From contig JBGAIN010000010.1 of NCBI GenBank assembly GCA_044225505.1, positions 1 through 64,000 on the forward strand: a DNA stretch of 64,000 nucleotides, read 5' to 3'. The notes beneath the pieces are model-generated. The model ran no database searches and was not told the DNA's origin. It saw nothing but the letters and a program-made list of their open reading frames with translations. Source of the DNA: Limisphaerales bacterium (GTDB taxonomy: Bacteria; Verrucomicrobiota; Verrucomicrobiia; Limisphaerales; SIBE01). The translations under genes and the position numbers were made by a program. Shown piece by piece: positions 33,315 to 43,536 of this stretch (position 1 is its first letter; every line of letters begins with the position of its first letter).

Positions 33315-34394
33315 ATGACGTGCCTGGACGCGCCTAGCGTGCTGGTCCAATTGGTCGAACGCGCTCAGCAACTGGGCGCCAGCGATATCCACTTGCAGCG
33401 GTTGGGTAATTCGGCGCAGGTGACGTTGCGTTTGGACGGTGTCTTGACGTCCTTCATGGAGTTGGGCGACGATATTGCGGAGCGCGTCTTCGGACGAATT
33501 AAGTTCCTGGCAAAGCTCAAAACCTACCAGGATTGCCTGCCCCAAGATGGTCGCATCGAAAAAGCAGCCCTTGGCACGGAGAGCGACATTCGGGTGGCGA
33601 CTTATCCGACCATCACCGGTGAAAAGATTGTTTTGCGACTATTCACGGGACGATCGGTCACTCCTCTTGCGGAGCTTGGTTTAGCCGCTGACGTCGAGCA
33701 TGAATTGCGCTCCTTTCTTGGGCAGAATGGGGGGCTGCTCTTGCTCACCGGTCCTGCAGGCAGTGGAAAAACCACAACCATTTACGCTTGCCTGAGACAC
33801 CTCGTCGAATTGGGCGGGCGTCATATTATCACGATCGAAGACCCAGCCGAGCAGACGATTCCCGGGGTTATGCAGACCGAGGTGAATGAAGCACGAGGCT
33901 TGAGCTTTGGTAAAGCGGCTCGTCATTTGCTCCGCCAAGACCCTCAAGTTTTGGTGATAGGTGAAATCCGGGACGAAGAGACTGCCAATCTGGTCATCCG
34001 CGCGGCGTTGACTGGGCACATGGTGCTGGCAACGCTGCATGCCGGTTGTTGCCGCCGGGTTTTCGAACGGCTCTTACTGCTCTGTGATGATCGATATGCC
34101 GCCGTTTCGGCGATCGAATTGATTCTGAATCAGCGGCTGGTTCGACGGGTTTGCATGCATTGCGCGGGTCAAGGCTGTGCCGCTTGCCTCTCCACCGGGT
34201 ATCGGGGGCGCATTCCACTGGTTGAGTGGCTCAAAGTGGAGGAGTCTCTCCGGGCACGAGTCCGGGCGGAAGGTCCGAATGTGGTGCAGCCGATCCATTC
34301 GCTGCAAGTTGCGGCGCGTGAGTTGCTCGACCGCGGCTTGTCGAACGAGAAGGAAGTGCAACGTGTGCTCGGCGTTGACACGCTCGTGCGTTAA
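33315..34394 (+). CDS. GspE/PilB-type assembly ATPase lacking the N-terminal domain
   Basis: ASDIHL, PQDGRI, GPAGSGKTT, TIEDP, LRQDPQVLVIGEIRD, ATLH, short CxxC..CxxC, GYRGR. Confidence 0.9.
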   Translation: MTCLDAPSVLVQLVERAQQLGASDIHLQRLGNSAQVTLRLDGVLTSFMELGDDIAERVFGRIKFLAKLKTYQDCLPQDGRIEKAALGTESDIRVATYPTITGEKIVLRLFTGRSVTPLAELGLAADVEHELRSFLGQNGGLLLLTGPAGSGKTTTIYACLRHLVELGGRHIITIEDPAEQTIPGVMQTEVNEARGLSFGKAARHLLRQDPQVLVIGEIRDEETANLVIRAALTGHMVLATLHAGCCRRVFERLLLLCDDRYAAVSAIELILNQRLVRRVCMHCAGQGCAACLSTGYRGRIPLVEWLKVEESLRARVRAEGPNVVQPIHSLQVAARELLDRGLSNEKEVQRVLGVDTLVR

Positions 34395-34408
34395 GGCTGG
34401 TCTGATCT

Positions 34409-34948
34409 ATGTTGGGAAAAGGGACTCTGTTCAGCGCGTTGCGCGAACGCGCGCTGCCGTTGAATCGGACTTTGCCATCGGCTCTTCCGTCAGATTCGGC
34501 CCGGGCGCTCCGCTCGATTGATACGGCGCGTTTGATTCGGCGGTCGCTGCGGTGCTTTGTCTTTGGCAGCATCGGCTTGGTTCCGCTCGTTGGGGTCGGA
34601 TTGGCCGTGCAGTCGATGCAACTGGCGCGATCGGTCACGCGCGAGTCGGGCGGAGAATGGTGTCTGCCGCCGTTCCGTCTCTATCGAGTGGTTGGGGTAG
34701 CGCTTCTCTGGTTTGCCGATCCAGTTTGGGGTCTGATTGGGGACTGGGTCTTATCCATCTTTCTCTTGTTGATCCAATCTTTTCTTTGCCTAAGGAGATT
34801 CCATCATCCGCCGAACGTAGCAACATGGAATCCTGGCCAAAGCGCGCTCGCGTGGGGTATGACGATGGCGCAGGTCGGCCTCAGCCTTTCGTTGTGGATT
34901 CTCGCCATTCTGTTCCGCCGGGTGTGGAACGAGGACAGCGCTTTATGA
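34409..34948 (+). CDS. Small membrane protein of unknown function
   Basis: Several hydrophobic segments; stop overlaps the next ATG (ATGA); start uncertain. Confidence 0.55.
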   Translation: MLGKGTLFSALRERALPLNRTLPSALPSDSARALRSIDTARLIRRSLRCFVFGSIGLVPLVGVGLAVQSMQLARSVTRESGGEWCLPPFRLYRVVGVALLWFADPVWGLIGDWVLSIFLLLIQSFLCLRRFHHPPNVATWNPGQSALAWGMTMAQVGLSLSLWILAILFRRVWNEDSAL

Positions 34949-36636
34949 CGATTCTCCCGATAGCCGCGCGCGAGTTGCGCCTCCTGGCCAGGCACTCCCG
35001 GACGTACTGGACCCGGAGTCTCAACGCGCTGGTGGTTGCCGTCATCAGTCTGGGCATGCTCTACGCGGGGTTCGGCGGCGCGTTGAGCCCCGCATCCGCA
35101 GGACGCAGTTTGTTCATCATTGTTTCGTTCATCGCGGGAGCCTACGCTCTGCTCGATGGCGCGTTGATGACCGCTGACTGCTTGAGCCGCGAAAAAAGGG
35201 AAGGGACTTTGGGACTGCTCTTCTTAACGGATCTCCGAGCTCACGACATTATTATCGGAAAGCTGATCTCCAATGTGGGCAACTCCGCCTACGGCTTAAT
35301 AGCGTCTCTTCCCGCCTTGGGGATAGGCTTGTTCCTGGGAGGCGTGACCGGCAAAGAATTTTTTTGCATGATGCTGGCTCTGGTCAATGCGCTGTTTTTC
35401 TCGGCCGCGTTCGGGATGTTTATCTCGGCGGTGAGTTATCACGAACGACGTGCCTACACCGCGACGACGCTGGGCGTCGTCGGCTGGGCTGTGGCTTGGC
35501 CCGCGTTGGGTTGGGCGTGGTCTCTTTACCGCTACACGCCTGGGATCGCGCTTCCGTTCCTTGTGGCCTCTCCCGCGGGAGCTTTCTGGCACGCGATTGC
35601 GGCCGGGGCGTGGCGTCCGTCCTTGGGATACACATTCCTGGAGACGCTCGCGATGACTCATTGTTTTGCCTGGGCGTTCTTAGGATCAGCCAGTTTCATC
35701 CTTCCCAGACGGATTGGAGCGACCGCGGTTGCTCGCGACGGCACGACGACGCGGGTTCGTAGAGTGCGGCCATCGGTGTTTCAGCGATCGAAACGTGGCT
35801 TCGAAAATCCGATGATTCGAACTGGAGAGAGATTGGAAGCCGGGGCGTGGGGCCTCTGGCCGGCGTTGACAATCTTTCTAATAGTTTGGGCGCTGGGTTG
35901 GGCGTTCGTGCAGATGAATTGGCTGACCTGGTTCAGCTATGTGATCGCAGTGATTTTGATGCACGCGGTGCTCTTGTTGGCCACCATGCTCCAGGCATGT
36001 CGAGGTCCGCGCGAGGATCAGCAGAGCGGAATGTTGGAGATCCTGCTAACCACGCCGCTGGGCGAAGATGTTTACTTGCGTGGGCGAATGCTTTTGACCA
36101 AGCGCCGTTGTCTATGGCCGCTGCTGTTCGTCGTGTCGACCGATCTGGGCTTGGCGGCGGCCGGTTGTTGGCACGCGGGCCGATTCAGTTGGGAATGGTT
36201 GGCCTGGGTCGGTGCTTTGGTCGCCCTCGCGGGTAAACTCTTGCTGGATCTGTATACGGTCAGTTGGGTGGGCTTTTGGCAGGGGCTTAAATCGCACAGC
36301 GCTGGGATCGCTCTGCGCAGGACCACTTTTTATGTGTTTGTCATGCACTGGTTGATCTTGCTGGGTTGCCTGACGTTCTTGGGGTTATGCACCCAAGGGA
36401 AAGTCTTTCAGTCCGGCGCTGGAGGATGGATCAGCGGGGTGGGATATCTCGTTCTCTTCCTCATGATCCGGCTTCACGTTTGCGGCCTGGCCATCACAGA
36501 GTTACGCGACGAGTTACGGCCGCTCACGCTCGGATTGGCGAAAGAAGGCCGTTGGTGTGCTGATGGCGAGTCGTCAGCACGCCAGGGCCAGATAGACGAG
36601 TCCTCGAGAATCCCTGTTCCGAGGTTGCGGGATTAA
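34945..36636 (+). CDS. Double-module ABC permease-like membrane protein
   Basis: SREKREGTLGLLFLTDL and a second module REDQQSGMLEILLTTPL; many TM segments; ATG 34945. Confidence 0.75.
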   Translation: MTILPIAARELRLLARHSRTYWTRSLNALVVAVISLGMLYAGFGGALSPASAGRSLFIIVSFIAGAYALLDGALMTADCLSREKREGTLGLLFLTDLRAHDIIIGKLISNVGNSAYGLIASLPALGIGLFLGGVTGKEFFCMMLALVNALFFSAAFGMFISAVSYHERRAYTATTLGVVGWAVAWPALGWAWSLYRYTPGIALPFLVASPAGAFWHAIAAGAWRPSLGYTFLETLAMTHCFAWAFLGSASFILPRRIGATAVARDGTTTRVRRVRPSVFQRSKRGFENPMIRTGERLEAGAWGLWPALTIFLIVWALGWAFVQMNWLTWFSYVIAVILMHAVLLLATMLQACRGPREDQQSGMLEILLTTPLGEDVYLRGRMLLTKRRCLWPLLFVVSTDLGLAAAGCWHAGRFSWEWLAWVGALVALAGKLLLDLYTVSWVGFWQGLKSHSAGIALRRTTFYVFVMHWLILLGCLTFLGLCTQGKVFQSGAGGWISGVGYLVLFLMIRLHVCGLAITELRDELRPLTLGLAKEGRWCADGESSARQGQIDESSRIPVPRLRD

Positions 36637-36715
36637 CTGGAGCCGTCGGTTGACGGCGGTTTTCTTATCGTGACGTCGTCGGCCGACCTCTGTCAGAACA
36701 ATAGACCATCTCAGA

Positions 36716-37714
36716 ATGCGTTACGACGAACTCGCCTTTGTTAACTTGCAGTTGGCGGGCATGCTAAAGTCAGGCGTCCCGTTGGAGGGCGCGTTGCGGC
36801 AATTGTCCACCACCATGCAGCGCGGCCAGTTTCGGGACAACCTGCAGTTGCTCGAATCGCGGTTAGCCGCGGGCGCCCCGCTGAAGGAAGCGCTCGCGGA
36901 GAGCGGGCTTCCCGATCTTTACTGTCGTATGCTCTTAGTCGGAGCCCAAGGCAACGATTTGCCGGGCGTCCTGACGTTGATGGCGGATTACTACCAGCGA
37001 ATTGGTTCGGTTGGTGCCCGCTTAAAGGGCCTGATGGTCTATCCGATGATCGTCGTCTTCGCGTCGCTGGCACTTTCCATCTTCCTTGCGGTCTTCTTCA
37101 ATTCCCTGAGTGAGGAAATGCCCAAGATTCTCAGTGAGTTGGGTCCGGACCTGGTCTTCGGGACCGGCGTCCGCATGCTGATTTGGCTCCCCGTGCTATT
37201 ACTCGGTTCGGTGGCACTGGGAGCTTTGGCCGTTTTGCTATTGCCCTGGCTGCGCCGATGGGGGCGCTGGCATCTTCCAGGGATGCGCGACGCGGCGCTC
37301 GCGCAGTTGGCCTCAGCGATGCGGTTAATGCTGCACGGAGGCGCGAATCTCACCGATGCCCTCGCTTTGCTAGGCCATTTGGAAACGGGCTCACCTGCGG
37401 CACGGGATGTGGCCTTGTGGCAGAAGCGCTTGGCGGCTGGCCACGGCCGCTTTGCGGAATTGGCGGAAGGGAGTCGAGTGGTTCCGCCGCTGTTTGCGTG
37501 GCTCGTGAACAGCGCCGAGGAGGATCTGGCACTGGGCTTCCAACGCGCGGCGGAGATTTATGAAGCGCGAGCGGCCTACCGAGTGGATATGATGCTTTAC
37601 GCGGCACTGCCGGTGTCGGTCCTATTCCTGGGAGTCATGCTGGTCAGCCAGGCCTACCCGGTGATTCGGATTTTTGTCCAATTTGGCACTCTGATCGATC
37701 GTCTTGGGCAATGA
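36716..37714 (+). CDS. GspF/PilC-family platform protein (copy 1)
   Basis: QLAGMLKSGVPLEGAL, MVYPMIV, second GspF domain. Confidence 0.88.
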   Translation: MRYDELAFVNLQLAGMLKSGVPLEGALRQLSTTMQRGQFRDNLQLLESRLAAGAPLKEALAESGLPDLYCRMLLVGAQGNDLPGVLTLMADYYQRIGSVGARLKGLMVYPMIVVFASLALSIFLAVFFNSLSEEMPKILSELGPDLVFGTGVRMLIWLPVLLLGSVALGALAVLLLPWLRRWGRWHLPGMRDAALAQLASAMRLMLHGGANLTDALALLGHLETGSPAARDVALWQKRLAAGHGRFAELAEGSRVVPPLFAWLVNSAEEDLALGFQRAAEIYEARAAYRVDMMLYAALPVSVLFLGVMLVSQAYPVIRIFVQFGTLIDRLGQ

Positions 37715-38859
37715 AAGGTGCGGACATTGCAGCTGGTTTAGCCATCGCCTTTGTTGCGGGGCTGATTCCCCTTTATGCCCTGGCCTACACTCTCTATGTG
37801 CTCATCAGCCTGCCTTTGCGCCGACAAGAACGCGCCCGTCTCTTCCTGGATCTGGTCGAGACAGGCATCATCAGAGGGCAGAGTATAGAGCGAACCGTCT
37901 GTGCCATTTCCAAAACGCGAGATCCGTCGGTCGGCGTGCGCTTCCATTTGCTGGCGGCTTATCTGGAGAGCGGATGGAACCTGACAGCGGCTTTAAGCAA
38001 AGTGGGTGGGTTATTGACACCTCAACTCGTAGCCATGTTCAAGGTCGGTGAAGAAATTGGCGACGTCCGGAAGATCCTGCCGGCCTGTCGGACGGTGACG
38101 CGCGATGCGACCTCCCATATCCAGAGCGCCTATAATTATTTCGTGGTGCTCGCCTTCGTTCTGATTCCGGCGATTCCTGCGCTATTTTGGCTAATGACGA
38201 TCTTTGTCATCCCGAAGTACCAGCAACTGTTTGCGGACTTGCTCGAAGGGCAATCACTGCCGTACGTGCCATTCCAGGCCGCCGCTGTTTTGGCTCAAAT
38301 GCAACTCGTGGTGGCTTTGTTGTTCTACGTCGGCGCCATCTTTTATCTGGGTGGACCTCGCTTCCGCGCCTGGTTGGGTGCGGGAGTGTTCATTCCGCAA
38401 CTGGATGCCCTGATCTATGCCGTGCCTTGGCGACGGAAACGTATCCACCGCGATTTTGGAGCGATGCTTGCAGTGCTGCTCGATGCGGAGGTGCCCGAGG
38501 CGAAGGCTGTGCTTCTTGCGGCGGAGAGCACTGGGAATATTGCGTTTTTGCGACGCGCGGAACAAGTCGCAGGCCAGTTGTGCCACGGAGCGGGACTGGT
38601 CGATGCCGTCGCTGCCATGGACTCCCGTGGTGAGTTTAAATGGCGCCTGGCAAACGCGACCCATGCGCACGGTCACTTTCGTGAGGCGCTGGCTGGCTGG
38701 CTGGACTCGCTCGACGCGGGTGCCTTCCGTCAGCAGCAAGTCTTCGGGCAATTGGTCACGACGGGGATGGTGCTTTACAACGGGTTGATGGTTGGGCTGC
38801 TGGCCATCTTCATCTTCCATTCCTTGACGCTCGTGATTGAGGAGGGAGTCTTATGGTGA
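37711..38859 (+). CDS. GspF/PilC-family platform protein (copy 2, divergent)
   Basis: MFKVGEEIG, FVIPKY..LF, LAVLLDAEVP; translationally coupled to copy 1. Confidence 0.82.
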   Translation: MKGADIAAGLAIAFVAGLIPLYALAYTLYVLISLPLRRQERARLFLDLVETGIIRGQSIERTVCAISKTRDPSVGVRFHLLAAYLESGWNLTAALSKVGGLLTPQLVAMFKVGEEIGDVRKILPACRTVTRDATSHIQSAYNYFVVLAFVLIPAIPALFWLMTIFVIPKYQQLFADLLEGQSLPYVPFQAAAVLAQMQLVVALLFYVGAIFYLGGPRFRAWLGAGVFIPQLDALIYAVPWRRKRIHRDFGAMLAVLLDAEVPEAKAVLLAAESTGNIAFLRRAEQVAGQLCHGAGLVDAVAAMDSRGEFKWRLANATHAHGHFREALAGWLDSLDAGAFRQQQVFGQLVTTGMVLYNGLMVGLLAIFIFHSLTLVIEEGVLW

Positions 38860-39260
38860 ACGCCACGGCGAAGGGACGGTGCCAGGCCGGTTCGGCGATG
38901 CTGGAACTCGTGGTCGCCATTGGCTTGTTGGCCTCCGTCCTGTTTCCAATTGCTTACTCGCTGGTTCAGGAACAGCGCGCGGCGCGCGCTTATTATTACC
39001 GCGCGATTGCAATCGAGATTGTGGATGGGGAGATGGAATCTCTCTTAGCCGGGCAATGGCGCGCGTTCACGCCTGGTACTCGCCCCTATGCGGTGCGCGG
39101 TCTGGCGTCGCAGAATCTGCCTCCAGGCGAGTTTGTTTTCTCGATGAACGAGGGCCAGATTCGGCTCGAATGGCGGCCGTCCCAAAAGAACCACGGGGGG
39201 CCAGTCTCGCGAGTGGCGCAACTCCCAGCCAAGATTGGCAAAGCCAAAGGGAATCCATGA
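38853..39260 (+). CDS. Minor pilin/pseudopilin-like protein
   Basis: G|SAMLELVVAIGLL with E5 and a hydrophobic helix. Confidence 0.75.
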   Translation: MVNATAKGRCQAGSAMLELVVAIGLLASVLFPIAYSLVQEQRAARAYYYRAIAIEIVDGEMESLLAGQWRAFTPGTRPYAVRGLASQNLPPGEFVFSMNEGQIRLEWRPSQKNHGGPVSRVAQLPAKIGKAKGNP

Positions 39261-39676
39261 CGTTTTCGGAGCGCCAAATCGATCGGCGACGGGAAGATAC
39301 CAGAGCTGGCAAACCGTCCTGGAAGCGCGGTTTCACTTTGATCGAGTGCATGATCTACATCGTCGTGTTGGCGGTGGTCATGGGCCTTGGGTTCAGCGCT
39401 TTTTACCGGTTCCTGGAGAACTGGCGGGATCTAGCCCGCAGCTCGGAGGATATCCTGCAGGTGCTCAAGGCGGGCGAATTATGGCGTGCAGATATTAGGT
39501 CCACGGTGTTGATCATTCTTCCTTCTGAGGTGGGGTTCTGGCAGTCAGCAATGGGATTGCGCTACGGCGTCTTCACGGAACTGCAGATGCTGAAGCGGCA
39601 GCAGCGTGCATTACGGTCACAACGTTCATGGGAATCGACACCCGGCGGAACCTGCGCTTTCGACCCAAAACAGTGA
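39257..39676 (+). pseudogene. Pseudopilin-like gene, intact 5' half then degraded
   Basis: KRG|FTLIECMIYIVVLAVV..WRADIR; loses coherence after ~39500, where the indel-rich tract begins. Confidence 0.65.
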
Positions 39677-39842
39677 TGGAAGTCCGCGCAAAGCCCGGTT
39701 AAACGTGAGTGGGTCAACCTCTATTTCGCGCGAGGCGGGGTTCTGGTGGGTCAGGCAGTGCAAGGACCGCATCCACAAACCCGTGCGGGTGGAAGTGGAA
39801 AGGCGAGGCTGCGGTTGGTCTGACGACACTTAACGATCGAAT

Positions 39843-40866
39843 CAGGGCGTTGCGCCCGGGAGAACAACGCCAGGCACGTAAATTTTGCCTTAGCGCGGCG
39901 AGCGATGCAAGCATCCTACTCTAAGTTTGGTGGAACAATTCAAAAGGTCCGCGTCGATGATCATTCGCTGAGTCGATATTCTGGTGATCGCCGTCTGCAC
40001 GTTGCTCTGCGCGGGAGAAGCCTTCAATGACAGTGATCCGGAAAGCAAAGAGAACTGGTCCAGAACGTTTCTCTGGCAGCTCAGTTCACCCGTGGAATCC
40101 AAAGTTTCGGTGTTCCTGCGCTGGACGCAGAGCCTACACAGGCCGTGCATCAAGAGATTGTCGCCTTGGACGGCGGCAAAGCCTTGCAGGCGATCACTAA
40201 AAGGAGAAGCTGGGCTGAAAGCAATAACCTGGTGCTAGGGCAATTGAAAGGTGGTCGATTCAGAACAGTTCATGCCGTGCTCGAACTCAGCGGCTGTATC
40301 GTCACCCTTGATGCGTGCGAAAATCGCCAGGAAATCATCGAAGCCGACGCCGATTACGTGCTGGCCCTCAAAGGCAACCAGAAACGGTGCATGAGGAAGT
40401 CGAAGCTTTCTGGATGCGACGATCCTGGAGCTGTCTACCGCCGCTGAGGCTGCAGCCCACGTTCAAACGGTAGAAGAAAGTGGCCGCATTGAAATCCGAG
40501 ACTATTCAGTGATCGGGGCGGGGTGCCGATCTGGTGGGAGGGTCTCAAGTCGGTCGGCGTGGTCGAGTCCACCCGCGAAATGGATGAGTCAAAAACGGTG
40601 GAGCGCCGCTACTCTGGCCAGTTTATCTCTGAATGTGGAATTGTTCGCGCGGGCTCGTGCGCGCTGGGGGCGTGGAAAACAAACTTCATTGGGTGATGGA
40701 CCTCTGGAAAGAGCGGTCACGCCGCCAATCTTGCCACAATGCGGCGACTTGCACTGAACATGCTCAAAGGGAGACCGCAAAAAAGCGAGGCATCAAGGAA
40801 AACAGCTCAACGCCAGCTGGGGACCATGCCTATTTGCTCCGACTATTGGGCGGATGCGGTTCCCTG
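39843..40866 (+). mobile_element. ISAs1-family insertion sequence, heavily fragmented
   Basis: Fragments in shifting frames: ILVIAVCTLLC, IVALDG, LVLGQ, LELSGCIVTLDA, ADYVLALKGNQ, VENKLHWVMD, RRLALNMLK. Ends CAGGGC... and ...GATGCGGTTCCCTG. Confidence 0.85.
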
Positions 40867-40919
40867 GGCGAACATGGAGGTGGCATTGCATTTCAGCAAT
40901 AGTTTGGTAAATCATCTGG

Positions 40920-41769
40920 GTGACTCAATCTGGCCGCGATCTAGTGCTCCTGATCCCTGCTTACAACGAAGAGCAGAGAATTGAGCCAGTGCTGCGAGAC
41001 TACGCGCAGTTCTTCCGGGACCATTATGTCGGCAGATTCCAAATCGTCGTCGTTCTTAACGGTTGCGTTGACGATACGTTAGGCGTCGTGGAGCGAGTCG
41101 CGGAGCAGTATCCAGAAGTGCGAGCGCTCAATTTTCCGACTTACTGGCAAGGGCGATGTTCTGATCGAAGGTCTAAAACTTGCACCCACCACGGACTTGA
41201 TCGGCTATGTAGACGCGGACGGCGCGACCGCTCCGCCGGCATTCTTGGATTTGGTCAAACACTGTGCGGAAGCGGATTGTGCCATCGGCTCCCGATGGTT
41301 GCCCGGGGCAGTGTTGCATCAAACGCAATCGCGAGAGCGGCGGATTTTCAGCCGCGTTTTTCATGCCCTTGTGCAGATTCTATTCCGGATGAACATCGTG
41401 GACACGCAATGCGGCGCCAAGGTGATGCGTGTGAAAGCCGCCGAAGCGATTCACTCCGCGTTGCGCATTGCTGACGTGGCCTTTGATATCAACTTGCTCT
41501 ACGCCCTGAAACGCCATGGGTTTACCATCCAGGAAGTGCCGACCGAGTGGACGGATAAACTCGGCTCGAAGATCAAATTGAATTGGGGCGCTCTGGGGAT
41601 TTTGCTTTCGGTGTTGAGGCTCAGGCTCGTTTACTCGCCATTCTATGCGTGGCTGCGGCCGTTACGGCCTGTGGAAGCTTGGATCTATAAAAAACTGCGC
41701 GCTCCGCAACCGCTGCCTGGCCCTCCCGTAGCGGAGCGCTGGTCGGAACGGCACTTGGAAAGCAAATAG
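40920..41769 (+). pseudogene. GT2 glycosyltransferase (dolichyl-phosphate glucosyltransferase-like), frameshift near 41140
   Basis: LIPAYNEE in the first frame; GKGDVLIEG, YVDADG and DTQCGAK in the next frame. Confidence 0.8.
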
Positions 41770-42116
41770 CGGAATTCCCAGCTTCGCGCTGGCGAAACTT
41801 ACGGCGTGGCTGCTGAGGATCGCTTCCCTCCGGGCATGCTGGTGTTGGCCAGGGCGACCAACAGCAAAAGCACGTTGCAACCCCCCAATGTCCCAATCAC
41901 CCTTTGAAATCCCGAAGAGTTTCTCCGGAACTTGTAGCTAACAGGGTAATGAGTCCTGTAACAGGAGCCGGTTGAGGCGCACGACGTCTTTAGGTTGAGG
42001 GTGGGCAACCAGGAGCTTTTGCGTCGGGGCGGAAAGTGAGATCCCCTCAAAGCGCTTCGCGTCAAACAGCATGGGGCCTTGATGGCCTGATTCAGTTTCT
42101 GCAAAACGAGCTCGGC

Positions 42117-43427
42117 TTACCGTTCCCGTTCCGTCGAGGGCGTTCCAAGGTTCTGGTTTCCAGGTTGGTTGGAGAGAATGACAGAGAGCGGATCGCCTGG
42201 ATCTTGAAGGCGCCGGCTAAGCACCGCGCTGTCCTTGATATCGGCCCCGGAAAAGAACAACAGCCGGTCTTTCAACGTAAAGAGCGCTCCGCCGTAAATG
42301 GCCGCGACGAACAGAATCCAGGGAACGATGCGAAATCTCGCCCTGGCGAGCAGATTGTTGATGAGGACGTTGGCAACGATCAGAGGCAATAACGCCCAAG
42401 CGATCCAGGGGACGAGTGGGGCGGATTTCCAGTAGATCGCGTTCCGGAAATAGATGATGCGAAGCGGCAGTTCCGGGAGCAACGTGCACGCCACGGCGGC
42501 GATGACTCCCAGGAGGGCAGTCGCGGTCAGCGCATGCCGGAGTGCATCGGACTTTTCGGAGCGGGCCGCGCTTTGCACGACTTTCGGGAACATGACTGCG
42601 GCCAGGGGAGTTGTGAAAGTTACTAAAGCCAAGCCAATCATGGCGGCGGGAGTGTAGAATGGCGATTCGTCTTTCGAGAACATGGTTTGGACATAAACGA
42701 CGTCGGAGCTATACATGAAAAGGATCACCCCAACTCCCAAGCTTAACGGAGCGACTTTGGTGAGCCAGGGCCGCCAGTCAAAACCTGCCCCGGGTCCCGT
42801 CAACAGGCTCCAGACTAGCCAGACTCCCAACGCCAACGAGATCATCTGGCCAATGAGCGCCCCGGTCATTCCTCCCGCTGCTTGGCCGCCCCAGTGAACG
42901 ATCAACACGATCGCACTAAAGCGGCCGAGGCCATCGAGGATCATGACCCAACCGAGCCCGGCAAAGTTCTGACGGCCTTGGAGAATGCCTTTTACGACTG
43001 GAGCCCACAAGGAAACCAACCCAAGCAGGAGCGTCGCCCAGAGAGCTGCGGGATTGGAGATCTTGAGCGTGGCCAGGATGTCCCGCCGGCACAGGAACAC
43101 GATCGTGGCCATGATCAGCCAGAGGTAAAAGGTCGCTCGCAAGACGGCTCGAATCGTCGCTGACAACTTCTGCTCCTCGGTCGGAGAACTGGCCGCGGCC
43201 GATTGCTCGGCAAAAACCACCTGCAGTCCCGCCGCTGGAATGGACATGAGGAGGAACACCCGCAACAGGGTGAAGAAGACCGCATACTCGGATTCGAGCA
43301 TGGGCTTGTTCACGACGACGTGCACGGCAGACATAAAGACGCCTCCCGCGAGCGTCGCGATGATCAGCCAGCCGCTTTGTCGGAAAAAGGTGAGCTTGTC
43401 GCCCGTAGATCTCATCGAGGCTTCCAT
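42117..43427 (-). CDS. Wzx-like oligosaccharide flippase; true C-terminus probably continues with frameshifts to ~41800
   Basis: About 12 TM segments, LQGRQNF, VMFPKV. Coding-like sequence with a final TM segment continues past the stop. Confidence 0.75.
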   Translation of the reverse strand: MEASMRSTGDKLTFFRQSGWLIIATLAGGVFMSAVHVVVNKPMLESEYAVFFTLLRVFLLMSIPAAGLQVVFAEQSAAASSPTEEQKLSATIRAVLRATFYLWLIMATIVFLCRRDILATLKISNPAALWATLLLGLVSLWAPVVKGILQGRQNFAGLGWVMILDGLGRFSAIVLIVHWGGQAAGGMTGALIGQMISLALGVWLVWSLLTGPGAGFDWRPWLTKVAPLSLGVGVILFMYSSDVVYVQTMFSKDESPFYTPAAMIGLALVTFTTPLAAVMFPKVVQSAARSEKSDALRHALTATALLGVIAAVACTLLPELPLRIIYFRNAIYWKSAPLVPWIAWALLPLIVANVLINNLLARARFRIVPWILFVAAIYGGALFTLKDRLLFFSGADIKDSAVLSRRLQDPGDPLSVILSNQPGNQNLGTPSTERER

Positions 43428-43536
43428 TGAAGCCGATCTGGAGCGTCGAAATAAAGAAGCAATTCTCGGACTCGTGAGGTGTGCACTGGCTGCGACACCG
43501 TCGGCGCGCGCAAATCAGCCCCGAGGCGCCCGCGAG

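Noticed and set aside
34552..34944. N-terminal extension of the 694-aa ORF
   Set aside because: Overlaps the upstream membrane-protein gene; ATG 34945, coupled to its stop, is the more plausible start.
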